Assembly: GCA_963718665.1 (NCBI GenBank)
Contig: OY970359.1
Coordinates: 2,400,001-2,464,000, forward strand
Reading direction: 5' to 3'
Source of the DNA: an uncultured Phycisphaerales bacterium
Lineage (GTDB): Bacteria > Planctomycetota > Phycisphaerae > Sedimentisphaerales > Anaerobacaceae
Length of the DNA stretch: 64,000 bases
Made by a program: the position numbers and the translations under genes. Under the pieces are notes generated by a model. That model saw only the letters and a list, made by a program, of their open reading frames with translations. It made no database searches and was not told where the DNA came from. Below are positions 10,561 through 21,181 of the stretch, one piece after another. How positions within the stretch are numbered: the first letter of the stretch is position 1; every line of letters begins with the position of its first letter.

Positions 10561-10601
10561 CCGGTTGGCACAACAAATTGTGCCGGAAGGAGAGTTGATA
10601 A

Positions 10602-12908
10602 ATGAATACCATAGAAAAATATGAGGGCGCTTCGATTGAACGCAGCCCAATCGATTTTGAAATGCCCCCCATGCCTGAAAGTGCCTCGACAGCCAGCTTG
10701 ATTGCTGCTGTTCTTCGCCAGTGGTACATTGCAGTGCTTGTATTTCTTGTAATGTGCGCAATCGGAATCCCTGCAATATGGTTGTTTTTAGAACCGCGGT
10801 ATGATGTGACCGGCGCAATAAGAGTTGCCCCTATTTTGTCGAATATCCTGACTGGAGAGGCCGATAAGGGAGAAATATCAAACTACCAAAGCTTTATGAA
10901 CACTCAGGCAGATATGGTTATTAGCCCTCAGGTAATCCAGAGAGTGGCGGATGATTTGACGGGCAAGCATCTGACGTTCTTTGAAGACCGAATAACTGGC
11001 ATTGGTGCAAAATTGAGACGCAAGATGGACATAGGCAAGGTAAAGCTTGATGCGGCGAACATATTAAAACAGGCGATGTACGACGGGATAATTACATCTA
11101 TGGCGGCTCGTAATAGCGAACTGGTGAAAGTTACGATGACGAGCAACAACCCGGAAGAAGCAAAGAAGATTGTTGATGCTTTCATTCAGGCCTATATGCT
11201 TGTCGAGGTCTCCAACTCTCTGCAGGGGCGGGATCAGCAACTGACGGTTCTTGAGAATGAGCAGAAGGTTTTGGCCGAGAAACTCGAAAGTCAGCGAGAA
11301 GCGATTCGGCAGCTTGGGCAGGAATATGGAAGTGTTACACTGACCGGCCGGCAGGATATGATGTTGGCGCGAGTGTCGAACTTGCTGGCTGAACAGACAA
11401 AAGTGGAAGCAAAAAGAATGGGGCTTGAAACACAGATTAAACTGCTCGAGGAGAAAAAGCCAAGTTTATCGCCGGACGAATTGATGAAGATGAGTGAGGA
11501 ATACCTAAACTCGGACATTGCCGTGAAGGAACTGACTAAGCAATTGGCGCAGCTGGAACAAGACGCGATTCTTTCCAGCCAGACGATGGTGCCGGGTAAT
11601 CCTATGTTGCAGCAGAAAAAGGATTTCGTAAAGACGTTTCAGACGCGACTCGACGAGAAGCGGGAAGAAGTGAGTAAGAAGTTCGATGAGCGGATGTCCA
11701 AGCAGGTGGATAAAGCCAGCGCTGACGGGTTGGCTAATGCCCGGCTGGATCTTGAGCAGACGGTTGTGTATGAGAATCGACTTCGGGAAATGCTCGCAAA
11801 TGAAGATGCTAAGACAGTGGAAGTGGGACGAAAGCAGTTGGCTATCGAGGAGATTAAAGAACAACTGGCTTCAACGAAGGAGATATACGACACTATTGGG
11901 CGGCGAATACAAGAGCTGGAAATGGAACGAAAACGTCCTGCACGGGTCTCAGTTGCCTATAACGCGGATATCGCGAGCATTCAGGATAAACGAGTCAAGC
12001 TTACTCTGGCGATTATATTTGGCGCGCTGGCCTGCGGACTGTTTGGAGCCATAGTAAGGGACAAGGCAGACCTTAGCTTGCACACTCCCGACGATGATGT
12101 GGTCAGACGCATTGGAATTCGGATAATCGGGACCACCACACGTCCTCGAACAGTTGAGCAAGCTCTTTGGTCAAGACAGGTGGCCGAGGACTATCAAACA
12201 ATTCGCGCCAACCTGGGATTACTTGACGATGGAGGGATGCCTAAGAAACTGGTTATTACCAGCCCTGGTCCGCGAGACGGCAAGACCACTTTTGCTGTTA
12301 ACCTTGCCACAAGTCTATCAAGGTCGGGTAAGAAAGTTCTTCTGATAGATGGCGACTTGAGAAAACCTGATATTGGGCGGCTGTTGAATATCCCGAGAGA
12401 ATCAAGATGTCTGCAGGATGTGCTTTTAGGAAACAAACTTGAGAAAGCTGCGTGTGCTGTGTCTTCAAACGGGTTGTATGTGCTTGCAGCGGATTCCCAA
12501 AGTTCTATTGACCCTTACGAGTTGTTGGCTTCGCCACGGATGGCGGAGCAGGTAAACAATATCAGCGAGGAGTACGACCACGTCATCATTGATACCCCGC
12601 CGGTGCTGGCATTTCCTGATGCCCTTTTGTGGGCCAAGGCGGCAGGCGCCGTCATACTGACCGGTTTTGCCGACCAGACGACCTCGCCGGACCTCAAAGA
12701 AACAAAGGAGAGGCTCGATGAGATAGGCGTGAGAATATTGGGGACTGTTCTCAGCAACGTTCCAGTCGGTCGTAGTTATTACCGTTATGGATATGGCTAT
12801 TACGCACAGGGCGGGCATACAAAACGAAACGGCAGAAATGCTGCCAAACGACCTTTGTTGTTACCGACAGATAACCCTGATGAGAAACCTAACGATTTGG
12901 TTTCGTGA
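10602..12908 (+). CDS. wzc: Wzc-like polysaccharide co-polymerase / BY-kinase
   Basis: Two TM segments flanking a coiled coil; Walker A GPRDGKTT, LIDGDLRKP, IIDTPP; C-terminal Tyr cluster SYYRYGYGYY. Confidence 0.9.
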   Translation: MNTIEKYEGASIERSPIDFEMPPMPESASTASLIAAVLRQWYIAVLVFLVMCAIGIPAIWLFLEPRYDVTGAIRVAPILSNILTGEADKGEISNYQSFMNTQADMVISPQVIQRVADDLTGKHLTFFEDRITGIGAKLRRKMDIGKVKLDAANILKQAMYDGIITSMAARNSELVKVTMTSNNPEEAKKIVDAFIQAYMLVEVSNSLQGRDQQLTVLENEQKVLAEKLESQREAIRQLGQEYGSVTLTGRQDMMLARVSNLLAEQTKVEAKRMGLETQIKLLEEKKPSLSPDELMKMSEEYLNSDIAVKELTKQLAQLEQDAILSSQTMVPGNPMLQQKKDFVKTFQTRLDEKREEVSKKFDERMSKQVDKASADGLANARLDLEQTVVYENRLREMLANEDAKTVEVGRKQLAIEEIKEQLASTKEIYDTIGRRIQELEMERKRPARVSVAYNADIASIQDKRVKLTLAIIFGALACGLFGAIVRDKADLSLHTPDDDVVRRIGIRIIGTTTRPRTVEQALWSRQVAEDYQTIRANLGLLDDGGMPKKLVITSPGPRDGKTTFAVNLATSLSRSGKKVLLIDGDLRKPDIGRLLNIPRESRCLQDVLLGNKLEKAACAVSSNGLYVLAADSQSSIDPYELLASPRMAEQVNNISEEYDHVIIDTPPVLAFPDALLWAKAAGAVILTGFADQTTSPDLKETKERLDEIGVRILGTVLSNVPVGRSYYRYGYGYYAQGGHTKRNGRNAAKRPLLLPTDNPDEKPNDLVS

Positions 12909-12936
12909 CGTCTGACCGTCCTGTAGGTAATCAATT

Positions 12937-14628
12937 ATGGGAATCATAAGAAATCTGATTGTTCTACGCGATACAAGCAAACAGCAGGCAAAAGATAGCA
13001 GCGACCTGCTCCGGCTTATGGTGTGCAACGAACCGTTTGGGAGTTTTGTTCTTGACTGCCTCAATGATACTGCCGGCTTTTGCAAGACGGGGAGGACGAT
13101 AGCAATTCCACAGGAGTGGGCTGTTCCGGATATAAAAAGCAGGCCAGGTATAGTTTACTACACAGAAACCGTGCCCATTTGTTCCAAACATATAGGACCT
13201 GTGCGAGAAAATTCTTGGGTTGTCGTTTACGACGGGAGATTTCTTACAGCGGTGGATAACCAGCAAATCCGTGAGATATTAGCTGACAGCCAAGCGGATG
13301 TGATAGCGATAAACATAGTCACTCAACTACGAACTTCATACGAGAAGGTTCTGACCACTTCACAAAATGAGCTTGTTGGGTTTCGGTTGTTCTATGAAGA
13401 TGCAGCCCAGCCATTTCCGGTCCCAGACGACTGGCCTCATCATCTCTTCTTGAGGGCTGGCGTGCTGAGCAGGCTCTTGATGGAAGGCGGTTTGCCTTTG
13501 GCTTTCGATAAGCTACTTGATCTGTGTTATTCAAAGTCGCTCGTGGTGCACAGCGCCAATGTCGGAGGCTCTGTGCTGGACCTGACTACAGAAAATGGTT
13601 TGCTGAAGTTAGTGCAAGGCAGGTTGGGTTCAATCGCAATGCTCTCTCATCACTGTGTGGACCATTCGCGAGGTAACAACAACGGGGATGATACCGCCGT
13701 AGCGGACAGTGCGAGGTTATTCGGCAAAATACTGCTCGGGAAAGGTATCAATATAGGTGAAAATGCAATCATAGTTGGTCCTACGATGGTTGGCAATGAT
13801 GTTAAGATTGGCAGGGATGCCGTTATAAGGGCATCTGTTATTGGCCCTGGTGTGTCAGTTCAGGCAGGCGAACTTATCGAGGAGAGGGTTCTCACGAACT
13901 TGCAGGCTGTTCCGAACAGGCCTGCGATAAAAACGCGCAGAGCTAACGCAGACCCAATGTGGAACGACGCTCAACATAATACAAGTCGGGGCAATTTCCG
14001 AGAATGGCCGAAATTTTCATATGCGAGGTTCATCAAAAGAGTTCTTGATATTCTTACAAGTGTAATTGTGCTGATTCTGTTTGCACCTGTTCTGCCAGTA
14101 ATCATGCTGGTCATAAAGCTGACCTCTCTCGGGCCGGTATTCTTCAAGGACACACGTCAGGGGCTGCATGGAAAGGTGTTTAAGTGTCTAAAGTTTAGGA
14201 CTATGCAGGTTGGCGCCGACCGAATGCAGGAGCGACTTCGGATTTTGAATCAGGCCGATGGGCCGCAGTTTATGATAACCGACGACCCGCGACTAAGTGC
14301 TGTCGGGAGATTTTTGCGCGAGACGTATATTGATGAGATACCACAGTTTGTCAACGTGCTGTTGGGACAAATGAGCGTGGTGGGTCCGAGACCGTCCCCC
14401 GAAAGTGAAAACCGCCTTTGTCCGTTCTGGCGGGACGCTAGGCTGTCGGTCAGGCCCGGCATCACCGGCCTTTGGCAGATGTGCAGGACCCGCCAGCCAA
14501 TGAAGGATTTCCAGGAATGGATACATTACGATATCAAGTATGTTAGAGATTTATCGTTGAAGTTGGATTTGTGGATATGCTGGCAAACTGCCAAAAAAAT
14601 GGTGGCGAAGTTCGTCAGCCAATTTTGA
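12937..14628 (+). CDS. Priming sugar transferase (Bac_transf) with N-terminal degenerate NTP-transferase-like/LbH region
   Basis: KRVLD, KFRTM, DDPR, DEIPQF, MSVVGPRP and RPGITGLWQ motifs; hexapeptide repeats upstream. Confidence 0.88.
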   Translation: MGIIRNLIVLRDTSKQQAKDSSDLLRLMVCNEPFGSFVLDCLNDTAGFCKTGRTIAIPQEWAVPDIKSRPGIVYYTETVPICSKHIGPVRENSWVVVYDGRFLTAVDNQQIREILADSQADVIAINIVTQLRTSYEKVLTTSQNELVGFRLFYEDAAQPFPVPDDWPHHLFLRAGVLSRLLMEGGLPLAFDKLLDLCYSKSLVVHSANVGGSVLDLTTENGLLKLVQGRLGSIAMLSHHCVDHSRGNNNGDDTAVADSARLFGKILLGKGINIGENAIIVGPTMVGNDVKIGRDAVIRASVIGPGVSVQAGELIEERVLTNLQAVPNRPAIKTRRANADPMWNDAQHNTSRGNFREWPKFSYARFIKRVLDILTSVIVLILFAPVLPVIMLVIKLTSLGPVFFKDTRQGLHGKVFKCLKFRTMQVGADRMQERLRILNQADGPQFMITDDPRLSAVGRFLRETYIDEIPQFVNVLLGQMSVVGPRPSPESENRLCPFWRDARLSVRPGITGLWQMCRTRQPMKDFQEWIHYDIKYVRDLSLKLDLWICWQTAKKMVAKFVSQF

Positions 14629-14670
14629 GATCCGGACACACACTTAAAAGGGTAAAAAGGAGTAAGCGAG

Positions 14671-17600
14671 ATGGCAGGGAGATATTTTAACTGGAAATTG
14701 ATAATAGTCTTGTTGATAGGACTTGTTGTTCTGGGCTCTACTGCTTTGGGTTTACGTAAATGGCAGAAAAGCAGAAGGGCCGAACAGGGGCTTGTGCTCG
14801 GGAACAAAGCGTATGATGAGCACAGGTGGGAAGAGGCAGCAAATCAACTTGGCCGTTATCTCGGTGTTATGCAGGATGATGTGCCGACGCTGCTCAAGTA
14901 TGCCGAGGCGCAGTTAAATATCAGACCTTTGAAACAAGACAACATTCAGCAGGCCATAGCAGCTTACCGGAACGTTTTGCGACTGGACCAAAGCAACATC
15001 AAGGCTGCGAAGCCCCTAAGTGAAATGTATTTAAGTATGGGGATGCCCGGAGAAGCCGAACTGGTTGTTACTCGGGCACTGCAAGCGGGCGAATCGATAG
15101 AACTGCGAAAAGTCCTGGCAATCGCTCTGGCAAACCAGCGCAAATTTACAGAAGCGGCAAAGGAGCTCAAAAGCATCATCGAGAAAAATCCCGAGCAGGC
15201 ATCGGTCTATGAGGTATTGGGTCGGCTGGTTGAGCAGCGTCCCGAAGAATTCACCGAAGACCCTAACTTTTGGTTTGACCAGGCAGTAAAAACAAACCCC
15301 TTTTCCGCAGAGGCCTATATTGCTCGCGGGGCATACTTCTTAAGGCATGGAAACAAGAATGGGGCGATGGCCGATTTGGAACAGGCAGAACAAAAGGATT
15401 TGTCCGATCCAACTACACGGCTTCGGCTTGCGGAGGGGTTGATTAATGCGGATGCTGCGGACCGCGCCAAAAAACAACTCGAGATTATTCATGCTTTGGA
15501 GCCAAACAATCAGCTTCTGTGGCAGCTATGGGCGCAGCTTGCACTTAAATCGGACTTAAATGATATGATGTTGAAAGTTGCGGACACCGGATTGAAAGAG
15601 CTTTCGTCTCAACCTTGGGATTTTATGCCCGATGCCGCAGAGTTGTTCATCAGATGTGGTCAGCTTGAACGTGCCGGAGAGTGTATCTCTATGATGCGCC
15701 AAAAGGACGTTGCTCCTGCGATGACGGCTTTTTTGGGGGGGCTTTTGGCTGAAAGCCAGGGACGCGGTTATGAAGCTGTCAAGTATTGGCGTCAAGCGAT
15801 TCAGTTGGGGGCTAAGTCCGCGAGGGTGCGAATCGCACTGGCTAACGCGCTATGGCGGCTTGGTGACAGGCAGTCAGGTATCAATCAGTTACGTACCCTC
15901 GTTTCGGAACAACCGAATCTTTTTAGCGGACGTATGGCTCTTGCACGGATGCTGGCGGAGACCGGTCGATGGGCTGATGTGGCGGAGCAAACTCGTATGG
16001 CAAGGCAAATCGCCCCGCATAGCGGCGATGCGGTCTTACTGGATATCCAGGCGAGGATACAAGTGCTCGCAGACAGCAAGACAGATAAGGAGTCATCGTC
16101 GTATCGTGATATAGAGGCGACACTTGATAACCTTGATAAAGCCACTAATGGCGCCATCGAAGTCAAACTTTTGCAGTTTCGGCTTGCTCTTCAGCGGGAC
16201 AAACTGCCTGAGGCCGAGAAACTAATAGCCGACTTGGAGAAGGCACATCCGGCTGAATTGAAGGTTACTTTGGCCGAGGCAGACTTGCTCGTTGCACAGA
16301 ACAAAATCGATGACGCAATCGCAAAACTACGCGAGGCAATCGGCACATCCCCGCAGTCCACGGCGGTTATGAGGTATCTTGTTGTTTTGCTGGCAGCAAA
16401 GGGGGACCATCAGGAATGTGAAACGCTGATTAAGTACGCCCTCGCATCCGGGGTACAACCTCCCGCGAAAATAGAGATGTGTTTGTTGCTGAGTGACGTT
16501 TATAGTCGCTGGAACGAGAGCGGCAAACGTTATTCGCTGCTCAACTCGCTTGCCGAGGAGCTGCAGGACGACATTATCGTCCAGCGGGAGCTGTTGACGT
16601 GTGAGGAGGTATTAAAAGACAGCAGCCGTGCACAGCATGTCGTTGACAGGATTAAGAGTATCGAGGGCGATGACGGCTGGCAGTGGCGATATGAACAGGC
16701 GAAGATTTGGTTCGCTCAGGAAGATTTCAAGAGTCGATACCCTCAAATCGTGTCGCTTCTTCAGGGAAATCTTCTGGCCAATCCCGATGACCAGGCCAGC
16801 CGAGTGTTGTTGGCGGCGGCATACGAAAAAGGGGATGACCAGCGTCTTGCGATTTCGACTTATACTGAGGCGATTAACCGATCACCAAAAGACATTCGGA
16901 TAATAGTGCCCGCGGTTGCCGCTCTTTATAGGGCTGGCGAATATGCCCGGGCGGAGGAAATTCTCAAGCAGGCGGCCGAAGAGAAGCTTTACCATCCCGA
17001 ACTGGAACGGCTGGAGATCCAGGGTGCCCTTGGACGCGGTGACCTTGGCTCTGCGAATGATGTTCTGGAGAAAATGCTGGACAGAGACCCGAACAACCAC
17101 TCGGTGTGCTTGTCTCTTGCCCTGCTGAAAATTCGGCAGGATCAATTAACGGAAGCGGATAAGTTGGTGGGGAAGTTGAGGACCGAAGAGCCGAATTCTT
17201 TGCCGATTGCTGCGGCACAAGTTGAGCTGGATATTCGCAGGGGCAAGTCCGACGACGCCTTACACATCTGTGATAAAATGGTGAATAAATTGCATACTGC
17301 TTCTGCCTGTTTGCTTCGCGGGAGGACATACGCTGCTCTGAAGCAGGCCGACAAGGCAAGAGAAGATTTTGAACGTGCAGTAACTATGGAACCCAACAAT
17401 GCGGATGCATGGGTTGCCAAGAGTATTTTTCATCATTCACTTGGAGAATCTGACAAGGCAATTTCCGATATTAGCCACGCATTATCTGTTATACCAGATG
17501 ACCTGCAAATCCAGAAAACCGCAGTGTCCCTTTATCTGGCATCGGACAATAATGCTTTACGTCAGGAAGGAGAGTCGATTCTTCAAAAAGCGATGGACTC

Positions 17601-18842
17601 GCATCCTGAAGATGCCGAACTTCGCCTCCAGAAAGCGCAGCTGCTGCTTGCCAAAGGGACAGCTCCAGAAATCGAGGAGGCAACAGGTATCCTTCAGGCC
17701 ATAACCGAAAAGCAGCCGGATGTTGGAGATGCTTGGGTGCTTCTGGCACAGATTGCTTTGCAGGACGGCAAACCAGCAAAGGCGATTGACATTGCTTTGC
17801 GTGGTCTTGTCCACAGGCCTAATGACAGAACCCTGCTGTTGTTGAAGGCGAGGGGGGAGGCGGCAAGGTCTCCGGCTCTGGCGTTGCCGACTATGAGGGC
17901 TTTGTGGGAACTCGACCCGAACAACGCAGACGCGACGGTTTCTCTGGCTGAAACATACGTGGCCGCGGGCGAGTATGAGGAGGCAGTAGATTTTCTCAGA
18001 AAACAACCGGCTTCTACAGATGCTTTGCAACAACGCAGGATTAAGTTGGCTCTTGCCATGGCGATGTACAAGAATGGCGATAAGACCGAGTCAGAGGAAA
18101 TACTCCGAGTGTTGTACGAGTCAGAACCGAACGACCCCAGTCCGTTGTTGGCACAAATCAGACTGCTGCGGGACGACAAACTGTGGGGCCAGTTGCGAGA
18201 GAAGGTTACCGCCTGGTGTGAAGAGCATTTCAATGAGACAAGAACAACTGTCTTTATCGCTGATGAGCTCGCGGGAGTCAAAGACGGCGAAAGTAAACAG
18301 ATAGCCGAGGAATTATTGCGATGCGTTCTGAAGCGAGATGCGAATTCTGCTGTGGTAATGACGCGACTTGGTATGTTGCTGCAGACGGCCGGGCATCGGC
18401 AGAAGCGGCAAAACTGTATGAGCGGGTTCTTGAACTGCAGCCCGATAATCCGATCGTCATTAATAATCTTGCGTGGATTCTTTGTGAGGAGCAGGGGCGT
18501 CCTAATGAGGCGATAGAGCTTGCTGAACGTGGCCTGGCGAAGGCGCCTGACTACGTTGATTTGATTGACACTCGTGGTATGGCGTACTATCGGCTGAAGC
18601 AGTACGACAAAGCGGCGCAGGATTTCAAGAAGTGCGTCCGCTTATATCCCAGCCGGGCGTTGGCCATAGTCACTTCGTATTTTCATTTGGGAAGGTGTCT
18701 GGCAGACCTTGGAGAAAAAGCTCAGGCAATTGAGCAATTGAACAAGGCCCTTGAGTTAAACAAAGAACTTGGCGGCCTGGGCAGCGCTGATATCGCCGAG
18801 GCACAGCGATTGCTGGTACAATTATCAGGTGGAGGAAATTAA
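14671..18842 (+). CDS. Large membrane-anchored TPR protein (PrsT-like), about 1390 aa, with a 1-nt frameshift near 18390
   Basis: N-terminal TM segment and many TPRs; ORF 14671-18516 continues in ORF 18321-18842 (NNLAWIL, DTRG); adding 1 nt restores one frame. Confidence 0.8.
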
Positions 18843-18843
18843 T

Positions 18844-19257
18844 ATGTTGGAATCATCACAACCAGGAAGAAAAGTCAGCGGCACTGATAACGGGGCGGAC
18901 GAGTCACTGTATAAGCGGCCTGATGTGAGTTTGCTTGATGATGGACAGTGGCTCTATGTGCAGCACCGCTATCGCTTAAGCCCGCGCGAGCTACAGGTGG
19001 CTAAACACGTATGCCAGGGGTTTGCCAACGAAGAGGTAGCAGCGTGCCTGAGGATAAGGGCCGGCACCGTGAAAACACACTTGCGCAACATTTACCGGAG
19101 AGTTCACGTCACCAACAAAATAGGGATGTTGCTGACCTTTGTTGAACAGGTAGCCAGTTCCTGTAGTAAACCCGGGACCGTCGGCTGCGGAATGACTATT
19201 GTTAATATGATACAGCAGGCAAAACCGGCTACAGGGTCATCTGATGAGACACATTAA
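18844..19257 (+). CDS. Stand-alone LuxR-type HTH regulator
   Basis: LSPRELQVA...TVKTHLRNIYRR; GGAGG upstream; starts 1 nt after the TPR stop codon. Confidence 0.85.
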   Translation: MLESSQPGRKVSGTDNGADESLYKRPDVSLLDDGQWLYVQHRYRLSPRELQVAKHVCQGFANEEVAACLRIRAGTVKTHLRNIYRRVHVTNKIGMLLTFVEQVASSCSKPGTVGCGMTIVNMIQQAKPATGSSDETH

Positions 19258-19489
19258 AGAACACAGGCAAACAGGATATCAATCCTGAACATATACCTGC
19301 CATAAGTTTCATTTCTTTTTTCTCGCCTCCGAATAAGGTATTCCCGCAATTTTGTCATAAAGAGCATTACCATTTTAGGGTTAACCCAAAAGAGTATATT
19401 TGCTCGTCTTTGAGCTAAAATCAAGAGGTGAAATATACCACCATTAGAGTTTTCCCGCAAGTATTTCTCAGAATTTTCGGACTTTTCTG

Positions 19490-19519
19490 TTGACTAAATG
19501 CTTACGATAGAGTTAAACT
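19490..19519 (+). promoter_or_regulatory. Putative sigma70 promoter TTGACT-N18-TAAACT
   Basis: Near-consensus hexamers upstream of the 19606 gene, which has a GGAGGTG Shine-Dalgarno. Confidence 0.5.
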
Positions 19520-19605
19520 TACCTATTGTAGCTTAGTGCGGGGAGGGATCCCCAGGTAGTATAACGCCTCAGTTCTTTAGTATGTGTTAGGTGGAGGTGT
19601 AAAGA

Positions 19606-20415
19606 GTGTCAGAGCGGAGACGGGGGAAAACCTTAGCGATTGTGGTGTTGCTATGTGCGGCTTCGGTTGCCAGCGCATTTCCTACCGTCATTTCAGGAAA
19701 TGCACCCGTCTGTTCTATATCCACATCAGACGACTGCGCCACCAATGTTATGATCTATTGCCTGGGCCCCAGTGCGGCCTGCGACCAGATAAGTGAATTG
19801 GGCAGGGTGATGCTCCAGCCGCCGTCCGGCAGTCAGATAACGGTAACATCAGAGAACCAGCGTTGCCTGCCCGCGTTGCCGTCGGCGATAGCAATGGTTC
19901 TGACGGGATTCATATGTATCTCTTTGATTCGGGACCGCAGGGCCTGGCTGGCTGTCCTGGCGGGGCTGCTGTGGGTGGGCCAGACAGGTATTTGGGCTTT
20001 GCCCGAAGTGACCTCACGGCTGAGCCGAAGAGTCCACAGCGGCCAACAAGTTAACACGGCACTTGCTGCCCCGTATCCTCTCGGAGGATGTTTCTATCCA
20101 GATAGTTACAATGAAGAGACCCGATATGCAGGTCTTTTGCACCACCTTGCCGGCATACCTCGAGACATCAGCACCTTCACAAATAACCGCACGGTACTTA
20201 TCAGGTATTTTTCCGGCGTGGCCGGTAAAGATACGCGAGCATTGCATCACGCGATTCTCGAATCGCAGCTTGTCTTAAGCCAGCTAACTAACTGTTTGGT
20301 TTCCGGAACCAGGCAGTTCGTTTGTTTCAAACCAGCATTCATTTCTTTCTGCCAATTACCGCGTGGCCCTCCTATATCCGCAGAGATACTTTTTGAAAAA
20401 CCCGCAGGAGTGTAA
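19606..20415 (+). CDS. Exported/membrane protein with internal PEP-CTERM-like segment and C-terminal RGPP motif (candidate arrest-peptide leader)
   Basis: Signal peptide (..ASVASA), LPALPSAIAMVLTGFICISLIRDRR, a second TM segment, LPRGPP near the C-terminus; strong SD. Confidence 0.7.
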   Translation: MSERRRGKTLAIVVLLCAASVASAFPTVISGNAPVCSISTSDDCATNVMIYCLGPSAACDQISELGRVMLQPPSGSQITVTSENQRCLPALPSAIAMVLTGFICISLIRDRRAWLAVLAGLLWVGQTGIWALPEVTSRLSRRVHSGQQVNTALAAPYPLGGCFYPDSYNEETRYAGLLHHLAGIPRDISTFTNNRTVLIRYFSGVAGKDTRALHHAILESQLVLSQLTNCLVSGTRQFVCFKPAFISFCQLPRGPPISAEILFEKPAGV

Positions 20416-20512
20416 TCGCGAAACACTTCTTGAAGGTTTGAATCGTTTTAATAAGGAAACCGGCATTTTTGCCGGAAAAGATAAATCGAAAAAAATAGAA
20501 AGGATGACAATT

Positions 20513-21142
20513 ATGAAAAAGTTACTTTTAATAACAACGTTGGTCGCCTTAATGACCGTTCCGGTCTTGGCGACACCAACTATTGACTTCAGCCAGTCCA
20601 CCGGCGGATGGAGTTATACGGCATCGGGTCCGGGCACAGGGACTTTTTCGTTCCAGCCTATGATTATCGTTGATCAGGGACTGGGCAGTAGTTTGGACCC
20701 GCTCGTTGGTAAAGAGGTAGTCATCCCTGACCTGACTCTAAGTGTACTGAACGTCCTTACTCCAGTAACCTCAACGATAAAAATTACGGATGGTTCAACA
20801 GATTATCTTACCGGTACGCTCGGCAGTGGGAATGCTTACATAGTTTTTGCGACCGTAACCGGCTATCCCGAAATCCAAGCTGATATAACGGGCGTTACAG
20901 TTATTAACACCATTTCATCGCCGGCTTTGGCAGCTATTGACTCATATCCATTGGACTTTGCTCTTTCATTGAATTTGGCTGGGGTAAATGTCCAAAATGC
21001 AATCAGTCTTGGTCATCCAAATCTCAGAGGCGGTTCAGTGGCAGGATCGATGAACATTATCGTTCCTGCTCCTGGTGCAATTCTGCTGGGCAGCATCGGT
21101 GTGGGTCTTGTCGGCTGGTTGCGAAGGAGAAGAACACTGTAA
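20513..21142 (+). CDS. PEP-CTERM-type (VPAPGA) exosortase substrate
   Basis: Signal peptide MKKLLL..VLA; C-terminal [35 protein letters not shown]. Confidence 0.9.
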   Translation: MKKLLLITTLVALMTVPVLATPTIDFSQSTGGWSYTASGPGTGTFSFQPMIIVDQGLGSSLDPLVGKEVVIPDLTLSVLNVLTPVTSTIKITDGSTDYLTGTLGSGNAYIVFATVTGYPEIQADITGVTVINTISSPALAAIDSYPLDFALSLNLAGVNVQNAISLGHPNLRGGSVAGSMNIIVPAPGAILLGSIGVGLVGWLRRRRTL

Positions 21143-21181
21143 GGAATTACCTTGATGAGTTTTTTAAGAAGAAAGATGATT

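Noticed and set aside
10565..10584. TTGGCAC... upstream of wzc as a sigma54 promoter
   Set aside because: No GC at the GG-N10-GC position; better explained as a GGCACAA/TTGTGCC hairpin
19867..19890. LPxTG sortase signal
   Set aside because: Sequence is LPALP, it is internal, and the context is exosortase rather than sortase
20363..20512. N-terminal extension of the first PEP-CTERM protein in the ORF track
   Set aside because: SD and signal peptide indicate a start at 20513; the extension overlaps the upstream gene
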